Source: Naegleria gruberi (taxonomy: Eukaryota). From it: DNA of 64,000 bases. Where the stretch lies: the NCBI GenBank assembly GCA_000004985.1, contig GG738895.1; one strand, given 5' to 3'. Within the stretch, counting starts at the first letter, position 1; each line of letters begins with the position of its first letter. This document shows, piece after piece, positions 12,162 to 22,900 of the stretch. The notes beneath the pieces are model-generated. The model worked only from the letters and a program-made list of their open reading frames with translations, had not been told where the DNA came from and did not search any database. Both the position numbers and the translations under genes were made by a program.

Positions 12162-14067
12162 ATGAAAAGACCATCCAAACAGCATACCAAGTTGGTGGTC
12201 CTGTTTGTTTTTCTAGTTCTATTGTTAATAGAATGTTGTTTATCGTCGAATCCGACGTTATCGTTTCTCACGAGCACTCCGTTCGAACAGTCAAATGTAT
12301 TGACAGCCATCAATCACAGAAATAATCATAATTCAGAAATTTACTATACCAATAACGTGCAAGAAACCACACAATCATCAAGCAAATGTGAAATTTTCGA
12401 TTTGATGGATCAAGCAGTTGCAGTTCCGTCCGATAGTGCTGCCAATGTGACTAACTATTACTCAACCAAGTCATGTAATTTCGTCAAGTTATTCGCAAGT
12501 GCAGGAGACTATATTCAATTGCAAGGAATTGATTTATTTTACGGACCTAAAGGAGTTTCTCTCTGTGGCATTAGTGATCCAAGTTTAATTTCCACAATCT
12601 ATCCAAGTTTTTCGTGTATGGATTTTTTAAATGACACCTTCACAAAGGAAGAAGGAATTTTGGAAGATCTCTCTGCAATTTCATCTCTATTGGAAGCAAG
12701 ATTTAATAATTCTAGTCCTGATCTGATTCAATGGCCATTCAAGGCCATGTCCAAAGCATTGGAACTTCAATTTGTGAACAAGACATCAACCACCAAAATT
12801 TCAGAATTATTGGATTTATACAATTATTGTAATTTCTGTTCTCATCCTAATTTTGCTTCGTTCCATGCAAAGAAGGCAGTTACACCAGCCCTTCAAATGC
12901 CAATGTTACAAAAAGCATTCACAAATTCACACTGTGGCTCTGGTATTCCAACATTGAATGCCATTGTAACCAATGAATATGATGGCTACTTTGTCACCAA
13001 TGTTGTCATTCAATGTACTTGTAGAGGTGGAGTGGTAACAAATGAGTGTGGAATTTTCTCTGAATTTTTATATCCAATGTTTTCTGGACCAGGTCTTCAT
13101 TCAATTTCATTGATTTTCTATACTTCCATTGGTGTTGTTTCCTTCTTTGTCAATTTCATTCCAATTTTAATGTTGTGTGTTAGAAGATTCCAAAAATCAT
13201 CACATGGTATCAGATCATTCTTTTATCACTTTTTGGATTTGAGATTGCAAGCTGCTGTTTTGTTCTTGTGTTCTGTGATTACTGCCATTACTTCAAGTTG
13301 TCTTGGTTTGGCAGAAAATTCATATGTTGTCTTGTTGATGACTATTGCTGCCTGTTTACAATTTATTTCAACTGTTCCAATTTTGTTCTGTTGGATTGAT
13401 GTCATTTATAGAACTGAAATGAATATGAAAGAAGCTTCATCCCTTGTTGTGTAAGTTAATTTTTAGAGCTTTTCTTATAATAATTTATTTGAAATAGTTC
13501 ACTTTCATTTGGTTTATCTTCAGCTTTGGTGTTTGCATTGGCATTGTATATTGTTGGTTATTCAATCCTTTCAACAGTTAGTGGATACAGAGTCTTGTTC
13601 ATCATTGTTCAAGTTTTCTTGATTGTTGTCATTATGGCTGCTGTCATGATTGCCATTATTTTGACAATTACAGCTGCCAGATTATTGTTCATTATTTCCA
13701 AAACAAAGAAGATTCAAATTTTCAGTTTCAGATTTACCAGATTCTTGTTATATGCAACAATTTGTGGTTCTCCATTCCTTTTGCAAGCAGCTTATTATAT
13801 TGTAATCATTATCGATACGTAAGTAGTTTCAATTTTCAATGAATTTCCAGCATTTTCTCAATAATAATTTGCACAATTCCCAATAATATGATAATAATAA
13901 TTTGAAATTACAGTAAGATGATTTGCAGATTCTATCTCATGTTTTCATACTATTTGGCATCCCTATGTGTCACTTTCATTTCATTTGGTTACATGTACAT
14001 TCTCTTTAACTCTGATGATGTCATGAAATGTTATCCATTCTTGGAGAAACTTTCAAAGAAGAAGTAA
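12162..14067 (+). CDS. 7TM receptor-like protein with signal peptide and ~300-aa Cys-rich ectodomain. Exons 12162..13450, 13498..13818, 13914..14067.
   Basis: First ATG at 12162 gives MKRPSKQHTKLVVLFVFLVLLLIECC. Seven or eight hydrophobic helices are spread over three exons, with GTAAGT donors at 13451 and 13819 and a 47-nt and a 95-nt intron. The ectodomain motif NYCNFCSHPNFASFH is shared with the paralog at 25409..27230. Confidence 0.6.
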
Positions 14068-14277
14068 TACTATAATTTCCATTTCATCATTAAACTACTA
14101 AATTATCAAAAATTGCAACTTTATTTGCAACGCCTCTATTAACAAATTGCCAATTGTTTTGTTAATCATTTCAGTTTGTTTTCGAATATGTACAACCAAT
14201 GTTCTATTCTCTTGTCAAAAATTCATATGAGCTTGCTGTCAAATCCACTTAAGTATTTGACCAAGCATATTGACATT

Positions 14278-14487
14278 CTAACGTTTAAATGATGAACTTT
14301 CCAACCAATCCATAAAGATGTACTCTACAGCTTCCTTGCTCAAATGTTGAGAGAGATGATTTGAAGAAATATGAGGAGTGGTAGAGAAGAGGATATTCGG
14401 TCTTGGAGATGATAATTTAACCGTAAGAGTTGGAGAAGCTCTCTTCTTTGATTGTTTACTTTCAGCAGGGTCAGTTCCTTGAGTCAT
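14278..14487 (-). CDS. Hypothetical small ORF (69 aa); coding status uncertain.
   Basis: ORF track only; sits in a 1.4-kb gap between genes; no recognisable motif. Confidence 0.15.
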   Translation of the reverse strand: MTQGTDPAESKQSKKRASPTLTVKLSSPRPNILFSTTPHISSNHLSQHLSKEAVEYIFMDWLESSSFKR

Positions 14488-15460
14488 GGTATAGCTAGGT
14501 ATTTAGTTATTTTGTTGAGTTGGTAAATTTAATAAGTATTAGTCGTTGATTATTTTAGCAGATATTTGTAGTGTGCTAAATTTATAAGATTCTTATAGTG
14601 ATACTATTATTATATTGTATGCAATATTGTAGATGATGATACAACTGCAGCACGAATACAATTTGATATAGGCTTTATATTTGTAATGATGATAAAGGAT
14701 GATGCGCACCAAGCTAATCAACAACAACTCGTACTTAATCAGCACCACCTCGATATTCGCTGCTGATAATGATGATGGTGGACAATCAATCCGAAAAGCA
14801 ACACACACTGCTTGTTTTTTTCAAAAATGTGTTTGTGGTAGATACCTTTGGATGCTGAACCATCATGAATCAATTATTTCCGGAATGTCACCGTTGTTGA
14901 AAGGATCGTTGATCGTTTTATCGGATTTTAAATTTTACGGTCGCTTTAAAAATAATTTTAAAAATTTAATTTTTGAAATACGTTTTGGGAGGGAAGGACT
15001 AATTTGGACTGGTAGTAAGTAGAGCTAAGGAAATCACTGTAGTCAAGGGAACAAATTTTTTGGTCCCTAGTTGATTTGGGTATTAAATTTATTGAGAATT
15101 TTGAATTTCAAATATTAGAGAGTTGACCAAAATGACAAATTCAGAATTTTACATGAAAACCAATGAAAATAATGAAGAAATAATTGTATTCATTGTATAT
15201 TCATTAGGGGAGATCATCTTGTTTAATTTTGGAAGGAAACATTCATATATTTGATTGTTTCAAAAAGGAAAATCTCTCTCCTGAAAATAATTTAGGAAAA
15301 TTGAATTATTTATCACAGTGAGATATAATCCCAATGGGAACAGGCACAAGTTGTATAAAACAGAATCATGTATAATAACATACAATAGAGCACTCATTGT
15401 GATATTCTTCAATTTTGTAATAAATATTCAAAATTTACATTTCCAAATTGAAAAACACTT

Positions 15461-16588
15461 TTGAAATCAAAGGACCTTGTGTTTCATTTCCAAATGAAAC
15501 TTTTCAAAAAAATGATTCAACATCAACCTACTCTTCATGAAGACGATGAATCAATCACTTATTCGAATGATCATTTATTTGATTCACTCGGTGTTGATGT
15601 CATGATTGGAGAAATATTTCCACATTTTGAAGTTGAAACTCTACACTCAATTTTCACACTAGTATCCAAGTTTTGGTATGTGTGTGTTTGTTTGTATAGA
15701 GTGGAGTTTCTATCATTGAGAGGAGAATCGAATATTTTAGCTCTTTGTTCGAATTCTCCAAGAATGGTGGAAGTCAACAGTTTGGAGTTGATGCAATTGA
15801 GAGGTGAAACCTTGGTGATGAAAAGGATATTTCTTTCGGATAAGTGTTTTCCTAATAGATTTTCTTCACTTACTAGTCTTTCGTTTTATGGATCGAAAAT
15901 TGGAGATTCTTCTCTCAAATATTTAACACATTCGGCTATCTTACCTAATTTAACTGAATTGGATCTGTATCACAATAACATTACTGATAAAGGAATGAAA
16001 TCCATTTGTGAAGGAAATTTGAAACTTTCCATTCTGAAACTCAATTTAAATCGTGTAGGAGATTTAGGTTTTGAATTTCTCAAAAATTCTCAAATTTTGA
16101 AAGAAAATTTAAAAGAACTTTACATGACCTACAATGAAGTTACATCAAAAGGATTGGAAATTCTGAGCGGAATGGAAAATTCACGTCTCGAAACCTTAGT
16201 TCTAGTGAGCAACCGAATAGAATCGAATATTACAAACTTCTGTGCTAGCTCTCTTGCATCTCAATTGAAACATTTAAATTTGTCAAATAACTTATTGGGA
16301 AATAGTGGAGTCTTGGACATTTGTTCGGGAAATTTTCAATCCTTAGAAACCTTAATATTATCAAAGAATGCAATTCCAAAGGAATCCATTAGTATGCTAT
16401 TTGAAAGTAGTAATGGATTAAATTTGAAGAAATTGAAACATTTGGATTTGTATGGAAATGATTATATTCAAGTTGACGAGTTGGCAATTCCAACTTTCAA
16501 TTCCTTAGAAACTCTAATCTTTTCACATAGCTATAGGAACCCTTATTACCACCTATTCTGGCAAACCAAACAATTTTCAGCAAATTAA
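15461..16588 (+). CDS. F-box-like / RNI-type leucine-rich-repeat protein.
   Basis: 375-aa ORF. N-terminal F-box-like stretch (IGEIFPHFEVETLHSIFTLVSKFW), then repeated LxxLxLxxNxI units (LTELDLYHNNITDKGM..., LKHLNLSNNLLGNSGV...). Confidence 0.55.
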   Translation: MKSKDLVFHFQMKLFKKMIQHQPTLHEDDESITYSNDHLFDSLGVDVMIGEIFPHFEVETLHSIFTLVSKFWYVCVCLYRVEFLSLRGESNILALCSNSPRMVEVNSLELMQLRGETLVMKRIFLSDKCFPNRFSSLTSLSFYGSKIGDSSLKYLTHSAILPNLTELDLYHNNITDKGMKSICEGNLKLSILKLNLNRVGDLGFEFLKNSQILKENLKELYMTYNEVTSKGLEILSGMENSRLETLVLVSNRIESNITNFCASSLASQLKHLNLSNNLLGNSGVLDICSGNFQSLETLILSKNAIPKESISMLFESSNGLNLKKLKHLDLYGNDYIQVDELAIPTFNSLETLIFSHSYRNPYYHLFWQTKQFSAN

Positions 16589-16605
16589 TAAGGAATATTA
16601 ATTTT

Positions 16606-16615
16606 AAACCAAAAA
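16606..16615 (+). promoter_or_regulatory. Upstream element AAACCAAAAA, 70 nt 5' of tRNA-like gene copy 1 (DUSE-like).
   Basis: The same decamer lies 69-71 nt upstream of all four tRNA-like genes. It resembles the dictyostelid ncRNA upstream element (A/T)CCCA(C/T)AA, which sits about 60 nt upstream of ncRNA genes. Confidence 0.4.
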
Positions 16616-16675
16616 TGATTTGAATTATTAAAAGAAAATTCACAAATATAGTTAGTGGGAAGATTGCAGATTTGT

Positions 16676-16751
16676 GGGTGAATAGTTTAATTGGGAGAAC
16701 GTAGCCGTTGCACTAGAAGCTAAGGCGGTAGATCGAACCTACCTTCACCTA
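16676..16751 (+). ncRNA. tRNA-like Pol III gene, copy 1 (non-canonical 21-nt anticodon arm: stem TAGC/GCTA, loop 13 nt).
   Basis: Acceptor GGGTGAA/TTCACCT, D-arm GTTT-AATTGGGA-GAAC, T-arm GGTAG-ATCGAAC-CTACC, discriminator A. A T5 run at 16760..16764 follows immediately. Confidence 0.6.
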
Positions 16752-16871
16752 CGCTTAGCTTTTTCCCCACCAATTCTTAATAATTATTTAATAATACTAT
16801 ATAAATAATATTTAAAGAAATCATATCATACATTAATATTTAGGGTGAATATTTAAAGATATGATGTTAAA

Positions 16872-18472
16872 TTATGATTTTTCCTTTTCACTATTCTCTT
16901 CGTTCATCATAACCAATATTTGTTGAATAATTTCACATAAGGCAGTATCTTGGTCAGAATGCATCATTTCTTCGAGAGTATCCCTTATTCCACACTTATT
17001 CATTTCCTCTCTGAAATTATTGTTTTTCAATAGACTCAAAAGAGTACTCAAACAAATTTGGTTAACAGCTACTAATGACAATCCTTGATGAAGTATTGGT
17101 ACAACTCCAATCTTAATTAAATAATCAATAATATCGTCCGTTGCCGTAGTACATAAATTGTAGATAACATAGTAAGGTTCCTCTTTCACTATTAATTCGG
17201 TATTTTGTTTGACAGCTTCAATCACTAATTCAATAATTCCAGACTCAACAGCCGCTCTAATATGATCAATGGTTCCAGCAGTAATATTTGAAACGATAAA
17301 AATTGCTTCTTTCTTTAGAAAAGCATTCTCATTTAAAATGAAGGATGATAATGCAGATAATAATCGAATATTCAACATGTGGTCTGTATGAGAATTATTT
17401 CTTGTAACTATATATCCAACTAATTGAAGACAACCACTGAAAATATGAATATATTAACGTGAAATATTAAAGAATAATTTGAGAATAGATACTTACACTT
17501 GTATACTTGTACATTCAGAGGAAAGCAGCAAAATAACTTTTTCGATAATATTACCATAAGCTTGAATAAGTATTTCGATATGATCATCACTTATTGCTAT
17601 TTGAATAAGTGCCCAACAAACATTATTGACAACATCCTCATCAGAAGTATTAATTAATTTGGAGAGAACTGGCAGAACCATTTTGACATATTTGATAGAT
17701 ACATATGGTATTCCTCTCATCAAATTTACTAAGCACCATGAACCTAAATTAATCATAAGCCAATCATATCAAATAATATAGACCTACCCGTTCTTAGTAA
17801 ATTTACGAGAAATGTTTCATTTAAAAGATCTAATAAAGGCGTTAATACATCCCACTCCAGGACGAAATCTCTGAACCTGATAGAATCTCCACAAATATTT
17901 CCCAAAGCCCAAATGGCTTGTTCTCTCACGTTACAATCTGTCGAGTTTTTCAGTAGATTGATAAATGTAGGAACACATCCCAGCTCTACAACATGTGCTG
18001 TATCATATGGTGATCCACTAGCAATATTTGTCAATGACAATACTGATTCAAAAATCAATTTGTCAACCTGCACTTTTGTAATTGGATTTTCAGATTGATT
18101 ATTCCCATTTTCAATAGTGTAATATTTTGTAATATTCTCATGATCAAGAAAGTTTACCAACATTTTTGTACTACCGGCTTCAATGACCTTTCGAATATTG
18201 GCCGGTCGGTTATCCTCTCTCACTAATAGGCTTCTAATTGTCGTTACAGTTTCCAATACAGTTTTAAAGGAATTACATTGCATATCCAAATAATAATTTA
18301 AAATTCCGAGTTGATCAAGAGACAAGACTATTTCTCTTCTCTTGAGATGACGATTGCAAAATTTGGTTCGGGATTTATCAGAAATGCTTTTTCTAATTTT
18401 TTGTTTTTCTTTCCAAATGATTGCATTGGCGTGGAAAGATGATGAAATTGTTGCTGATTGTTGTTCACGCAT
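16872..18472 (-). CDS. Divergent importin-alpha (karyopherin-alpha)-like ARM-repeat protein. Exons 17788..18472, 17497..17743, 16872..17436; introns 44 and 60 nt.
   Basis: ARM repeats resemble importin-alpha (LTNIASGSPYDTAHVVELGCVPTFINLL...VREQAIWALGNICGDS; NVCWALIQIAISDD; KEAIFIVSNITAGT). N-terminus is basic and IBB-like. Splice junctions GTAGGT...TTTAG and GTAAGT...TTTCAG restore frame between the three track ORFs. Confidence 0.7.
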
Positions 18473-18638
18473 TTTTTTTTAAAAATTTGCTTGGAAATGA
18501 AAAATTCCATAAATATTTATGCAATCATTGTAAACTAAAAGATACAACAGCAATGATTGAAAATTTATTGAATGAAACCAAATATTTGCATAAATAGCAT
18601 ACAAGTTTTATCAATTTTTCGATAATGTTATTAATTTT

Positions 18639-18648
18639 AAACCAAAAA
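18639..18648 (+). promoter_or_regulatory. Upstream element AAACCAAAAA, 71 nt 5' of tRNA-like copy 2.
   Basis: Same decamer and spacing as copies 1, 3 and 4. Confidence 0.4.
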
Positions 18649-18709
18649 CTGTTGGAAATTTCCAAATAAAATTTCTCGAAAAAGGTTAATTATGAAATTG
18701 ATTTTTTGT

Positions 18710-18784
18710 GGGTGAATAGTTTAGTGGGAGAACATAGAAGGTACGGTAGATTCTAAGGCGGTAGATCGAAACTACCTTCACCTA
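18710..18784 (+). ncRNA. tRNA-like Pol III gene, copy 2 (anticodon arm stem TAGAA/TTCTA, loop 11 nt).
   Basis: Acceptor GGGTGAA/TTCACCT, D-arm GTTT-AGTGGGA-GAAC, T-arm GGTAG-ATCGAAA-CTACC. T-runs at 18793..18796 and 18800..18804. Confidence 0.6.
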
Positions 18785-18871
18785 CACAAAACTTTTAAAT
18801 TTTTGAGTTTACAATAAATGTTTATTTTCTTTAAATAGGCATTTTCAATGCAATTTAAAAAGAATAATTGT

Positions 18872-18881
18872 AAACCAAAAG
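18872..18881 (+). promoter_or_regulatory. Upstream element AAACCAAAAG, 69 nt 5' of tRNA-like copy 3.
   Basis: Variant of the decamer conserved upstream of the four copies. Confidence 0.35.
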
Positions 18882-18940
18882 ATTGATTGACATATTTTGA
18901 GAACTTTTACAATAATGATTGGTTCGAATTTCTGATTAGT

Positions 18941-19016
18941 AGGTGAATAGTTTAATTGGGAGAATGCAGTGGTCTATGTTGAATCTGCGGTGGTAGATCG
19001 AAACTACCTTCGCCTA
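18941..19016 (+). ncRNA. tRNA-like Pol III gene, copy 3 (A1:U72, with U4:G69 wobble in acceptor; anticodon arm stem GCAG/CTGC, loop 15 nt).
   Basis: Acceptor AGGTGAA/TTCGCCT, D-arm GTTT-AATTGGGA-GAAT, T-arm GGTAG-ATCGAAA-CTACC. T5 run at 19020..19024. Confidence 0.6.
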
Positions 19017-19152
19017 CTCTTTTTCCCTCCAAAATATGAGATAAATCATTTGATGCCTAGAAGACAAAGTACTGTTGAGATATATGATAAAGATCAAGTT
19101 TAAAAAATATGTGGAAATGTCATCATCTCTTTGAATATAGAAAATTAATTGT

Positions 19153-19162
19153 AAACCAAAAA
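19153..19162 (+). promoter_or_regulatory. Upstream element AAACCAAAAA, 71 nt 5' of tRNA-like copy 4.
   Basis: Same decamer and spacing. Confidence 0.4.
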
Positions 19163-19223
19163 TTGAATTACAATATTTTTAGAAATTTCACAATTAGGGT
19201 TGAGATCATAATTGGTCGTTGTT

Positions 19224-19300
19224 AGGTGAATGGTTTAATTGGGAGAACGCAGAGGTCCAGAGTAGAATCTGAGGTGGCAGATCGAAACTGCCTTCACCTA
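19224..19300 (+). ncRNA. tRNA-like Pol III gene, copy 4 (A1:U72; T-stem GGCAG/CTGCC compensatory; anticodon arm stem CAGA/TCTG, loop 14 nt).
   Basis: Acceptor AGGTGAA/TTCACCT, D-arm GTTT-AATTGGGA-GAAC, T loop ATCGAAA. T5 run at 19303..19307. Confidence 0.6.
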
Positions 19301-19368
19301 ACTTTTTACAACAATATTAAATTTTTTTAAATATTGTAAAGTTTTATTATAAATATACACAGTTTCCA

Positions 19369-19734
19369 CTAATCTTCAAATTGAGGTGGTCTTTCATGAT
19401 CTGCAGAAGGTTCTCCTTTAAAAACTTTTGAAGTTCCCTTTCCAACAGTTTCCTTGTCGATGGAGGACGAAACTCCTCTTTGCATATTAACTTCTGGATT
19501 GTAATTAGTTGAGATTGGATCAAATCTCGATTCTGGAATGTGTTCTGATGAATGGTGAGGATGACTAGTTTCGAATAATTCTGAATCTCTTCCAACAAGA
19601 TTACCTGAATGATGTTGTTGTTGGGAATTGTTTAGGATAGGTTGTTTATCATCTTGGCCAACTGATAATGAAGATGATCTGCCAGTGGAGGGAAGTGGTG
19701 GAGAGCCACCAAGAGATGGTCGATTTGGAAACAT
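19369..19734 (-). CDS. Hypothetical Ser/His/Pro-rich protein (121 aa).
   Basis: ORF with ATG at 19734, divergently oriented to the 19912 gene across a ~180-bp shared 5' region. No motif recognised. Confidence 0.35.
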   Translation of the reverse strand: MFPNRPSLGGSPPLPSTGRSSSLSVGQDDKQPILNNSQQQHHSGNLVGRDSELFETSHPHHSSEHIPESRFDPISTNYNPEVNMQRGVSSSIDKETVGKGTSKVFKGEPSADHERPPQFED

Positions 19735-19911
19735 TTTTTTATATTCGAAACTTGGTAATTTCCAACTTTAAAGAATTTTAAAAAAGGAAAGTTTACTTTT
19801 GGGATGTTAAAAATCGTACATGCTTCCCACCAATCATCAAACTGTGCTGGAAGATTCTAGTTGTTGGCATCAGAAAGTAGACGAAAGAAAGGGAACCATT
19901 AGAAAAAAAAA

Positions 19912-22900
19912 ATGGTAAAGCTCTGGTATTTTCTGACAGTTTTATTGTCAATATTGATACTAGTGAGCCATTCATGTCAAGCAAAAGTCATTGATCCAAA
20001 TTCTCTCAACGCGGCAGTTGCTACTCATCTATACGAAAGAAAATTTCTGGGAGCTTTATGTGATGGAACTACTGGACTTGCATGTTATACTGGATATGTA
20101 AAACAAACCTTTCTCTACAATGAAACAGAATTGTATTTTACTAATAGTTTTACCAAGTCCATTAACAAGTATAATCTTCAGACGAAAGTGGTGGAAACTA
20201 TTGTTGGAACAGGTTCTTATCACAGAGCTCCTTTAACGCTCAGCGATTTGTATGCAACTCCAAAGGAAACTAATATTGGAGAACCTAATAGCGTTGCTGT
20301 TTATCAAGGATTCGTCTACTTTACAACAATTGAAAATACTGACGTGATTTTCAGAGTCAAAAGTGAAGGTAGTGGACTTGTTACAATCTTTGCTGGTGTT
20401 TCTGGGTCAACTGGTTATAATCCTTTGGTAATTTCAAGAACCTCTTCACCACTTTCTGGTCCAACTTATCTGAATTTCTATTCGAATGGTAATTTAATCT
20501 TGTATGAGAGTGAAATTTGTACCATTCGATTAATTTCTGGTAATAATATTACAACACTCGCAGGAAATGGCCTATGCAACTATGCCTATGTAAACAACAC
20601 ACTTTCGAATGGAATTTCGGCCATGACAATTTCCACCGATCAAATACTCTACATTTCCACACCTAGTGGAGTTATAATGAAATGGAATGGTGCAGATTTC
20701 GTAACTGTCTATGACACCCAAGCTTTTGTCAGCAGTTTGGCAGCAAACTCTGCAAATATTTACTTTACAACAGATACGAATGAGTTAAGCTCAGTTTCTA
20801 TTGATGGTTCGAATAGAGTTGTGTTGATGGGACCTAATCTAGGTTTCATGAGTGATGGCCAAGTTCTTTCTGGTGGAAAGACTGCCTCTCCAATGGCATT
20901 GTCCATTAGTAAGGCAAGTTCAACATTATTCTTTTCCGAAAATGGAAATGCCAGAATTAGAACTTATTTAAATGCCAATGTTAAAACCCTTATTGGATTT
21001 AGCTCATCAGGTTCAGCAGCTACTACTCTTGTCAATCCAACAAAGATGGCTCTCGTTGGATCCAATCTCTATGTTTTAGAGACCATGTCCGGCAGCATCC
21101 TCAATTATGATGTTAGTGGAAACGCTCCTGCTGGAGGTGGTGGTTACAAATTAGTGACATCCATTGCAGGATGTTCCAGTATTGTTGCCATTAATAATAC
21201 AGTCTATGTTGGCTCAACTCTATATAATTCAGTGTATAAGATTGAGGGAACTAAGGCGATAAGAATTGCTGGAAATGGAACTAATTTATCTAGTGGAGAT
21301 GGAAAGTATGCGAATGCTTCAACCATTTCAAATCCATTGGCGTTGGCTTCTGATTCGAGTGGAAGTTTATACATTCTTTCTACAAATATTATTAGAAAGG
21401 TCGATAAGAATGGAATCATTTCCACTCTATACAATTATTTTAGCACTGGATTGAATGATATTTACATTAGTGAAAAGGATGAAATATTAATCAGTGATTT
21501 GAAAGGTTATGTTTATCAATTGACCTGTACAACAGATTTATTTCAATTTTGTGGCTATATCCAAATTGCTGGTGTTTCTAATGGATTAGCCAGAAGTGTT
21601 GGTTTTAATAATGCATTAGAAGTGCCAATTAAGCCACTCACCATCTCTGCAGTGTCAAATTTCAAAACTGGTTACTGGAATACTTTGTTAATTTCTGAAT
21701 CGACAAGTATTTCAGTAGTTTCAGAAGGACTTATTTCTGGATTAGTCTACAATCCAAAGAATAGCCCAACAGTTAGTTTTCAAACCCTTCAAGTGACTGG
21801 CTTTGCAGTCAACCAAACCAATGGAGTCATTTACGTTTCAGGTCCTTACGGAATTTCAACATTAACTCCTTACAAATTACCAAGGGAAGCTTGTCCATGT
21901 TCTGGAAATGGAATTTGCTATTCGAATAATCCAAATCTCTGTCTTTGTGATCAAGGATGGAGTGGAACCAAATGTGCACTTCCATTGTGTAATGGAATTC
22001 TTTCTACAAATCCACAAGTTTGTACGAATGGTCAAGGAGTTTGTAGTGCTCCAGATAGTTGTGTTTGTAAATCTGGATTTGTTGGAACTCAATGTCAAAT
22101 TCCATTCTGTGTAGGATCAACTCTGAATGAAAACTTTACTTGTTCTGAAAGTCAGTCAAATTCGGGAAGCAATTCATCGACAAGTACAAAACAGGAAATT
22201 ATTGTTGAGGTTGTTGAGACAGTGACTGATCTAAATTCCAAGAATTTGACATTTACTACTGTTGACACTATTGAAGTTGTCTTTCCTTCAAACTTTTCAA
22301 GTTATCTTTCACAAACCATTTCACAAATTGCCAATAATCCAATTACACTAGTTTCGTCTGTGGTTGACTCTACAAATTCAAGCACTAATCCAAGTGAAAA
22401 TCCTGTCAAACCTCAACTCGTAGTCAGTCCAGTAATCACTCTCTCACTATTTACCAATTCTTCCATGATAATTTCTGTGAAAAACTTGGAGAAACCAATC
22501 GAATTACTCTTCACAAATATTCAACTCTCAAAAATTGAATCTTCCTCCAATCTTACATGCATGTTTTTCGATACCTCAATCAATGATTGGAGCGACGAAG
22601 GAATTTCCTCAAAAATCATTTCCATTCAACAAGCCGATTCTCAATTCGTAATTTCCATGAAATGTGAAACGAAACATTTAACTTCCTTTGCAGTAATTGA
22701 TAAGAATTATAAGAAACAAGTTTCGTCTCCCAATGAAGGAGGAAACAAAATACCAGCAACTGTTTCTGAATGGAAAAGTCAATTGGAAGGATTGAGTGAA
22801 AGTGAAATTATTGCAATTTCAGTTTCGATTGGTGGATCATGTTTGATTATTGCAACTTTGGCGATTTTAATTAGTGTAGTTTGTATCATTGTCATGAAGA

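Noticed and set aside
14699-15022. 107-aa ORF in the intergenic region before the LRR gene.
   Set aside because: Non-ATG start, no motif, atypical composition; kept only as an unexplained GC-rich patch in findings.
16676-19300. Interpretation of the four tRNA-like elements as ordinary tRNA genes or intron-containing tRNAs.
   Set aside because: With acceptor, D and T arms fixed by strong pairing, the intervening segment is 25-26 nt against the canonical 21-22 nt. No 5-bp stem with a 7-nt loop can be formed in any copy. The excess (3-5 nt) is too small for a canonical anticodon-loop intron. They are therefore reported as a tRNA-like ncRNA family rather than assigned an anticodon.
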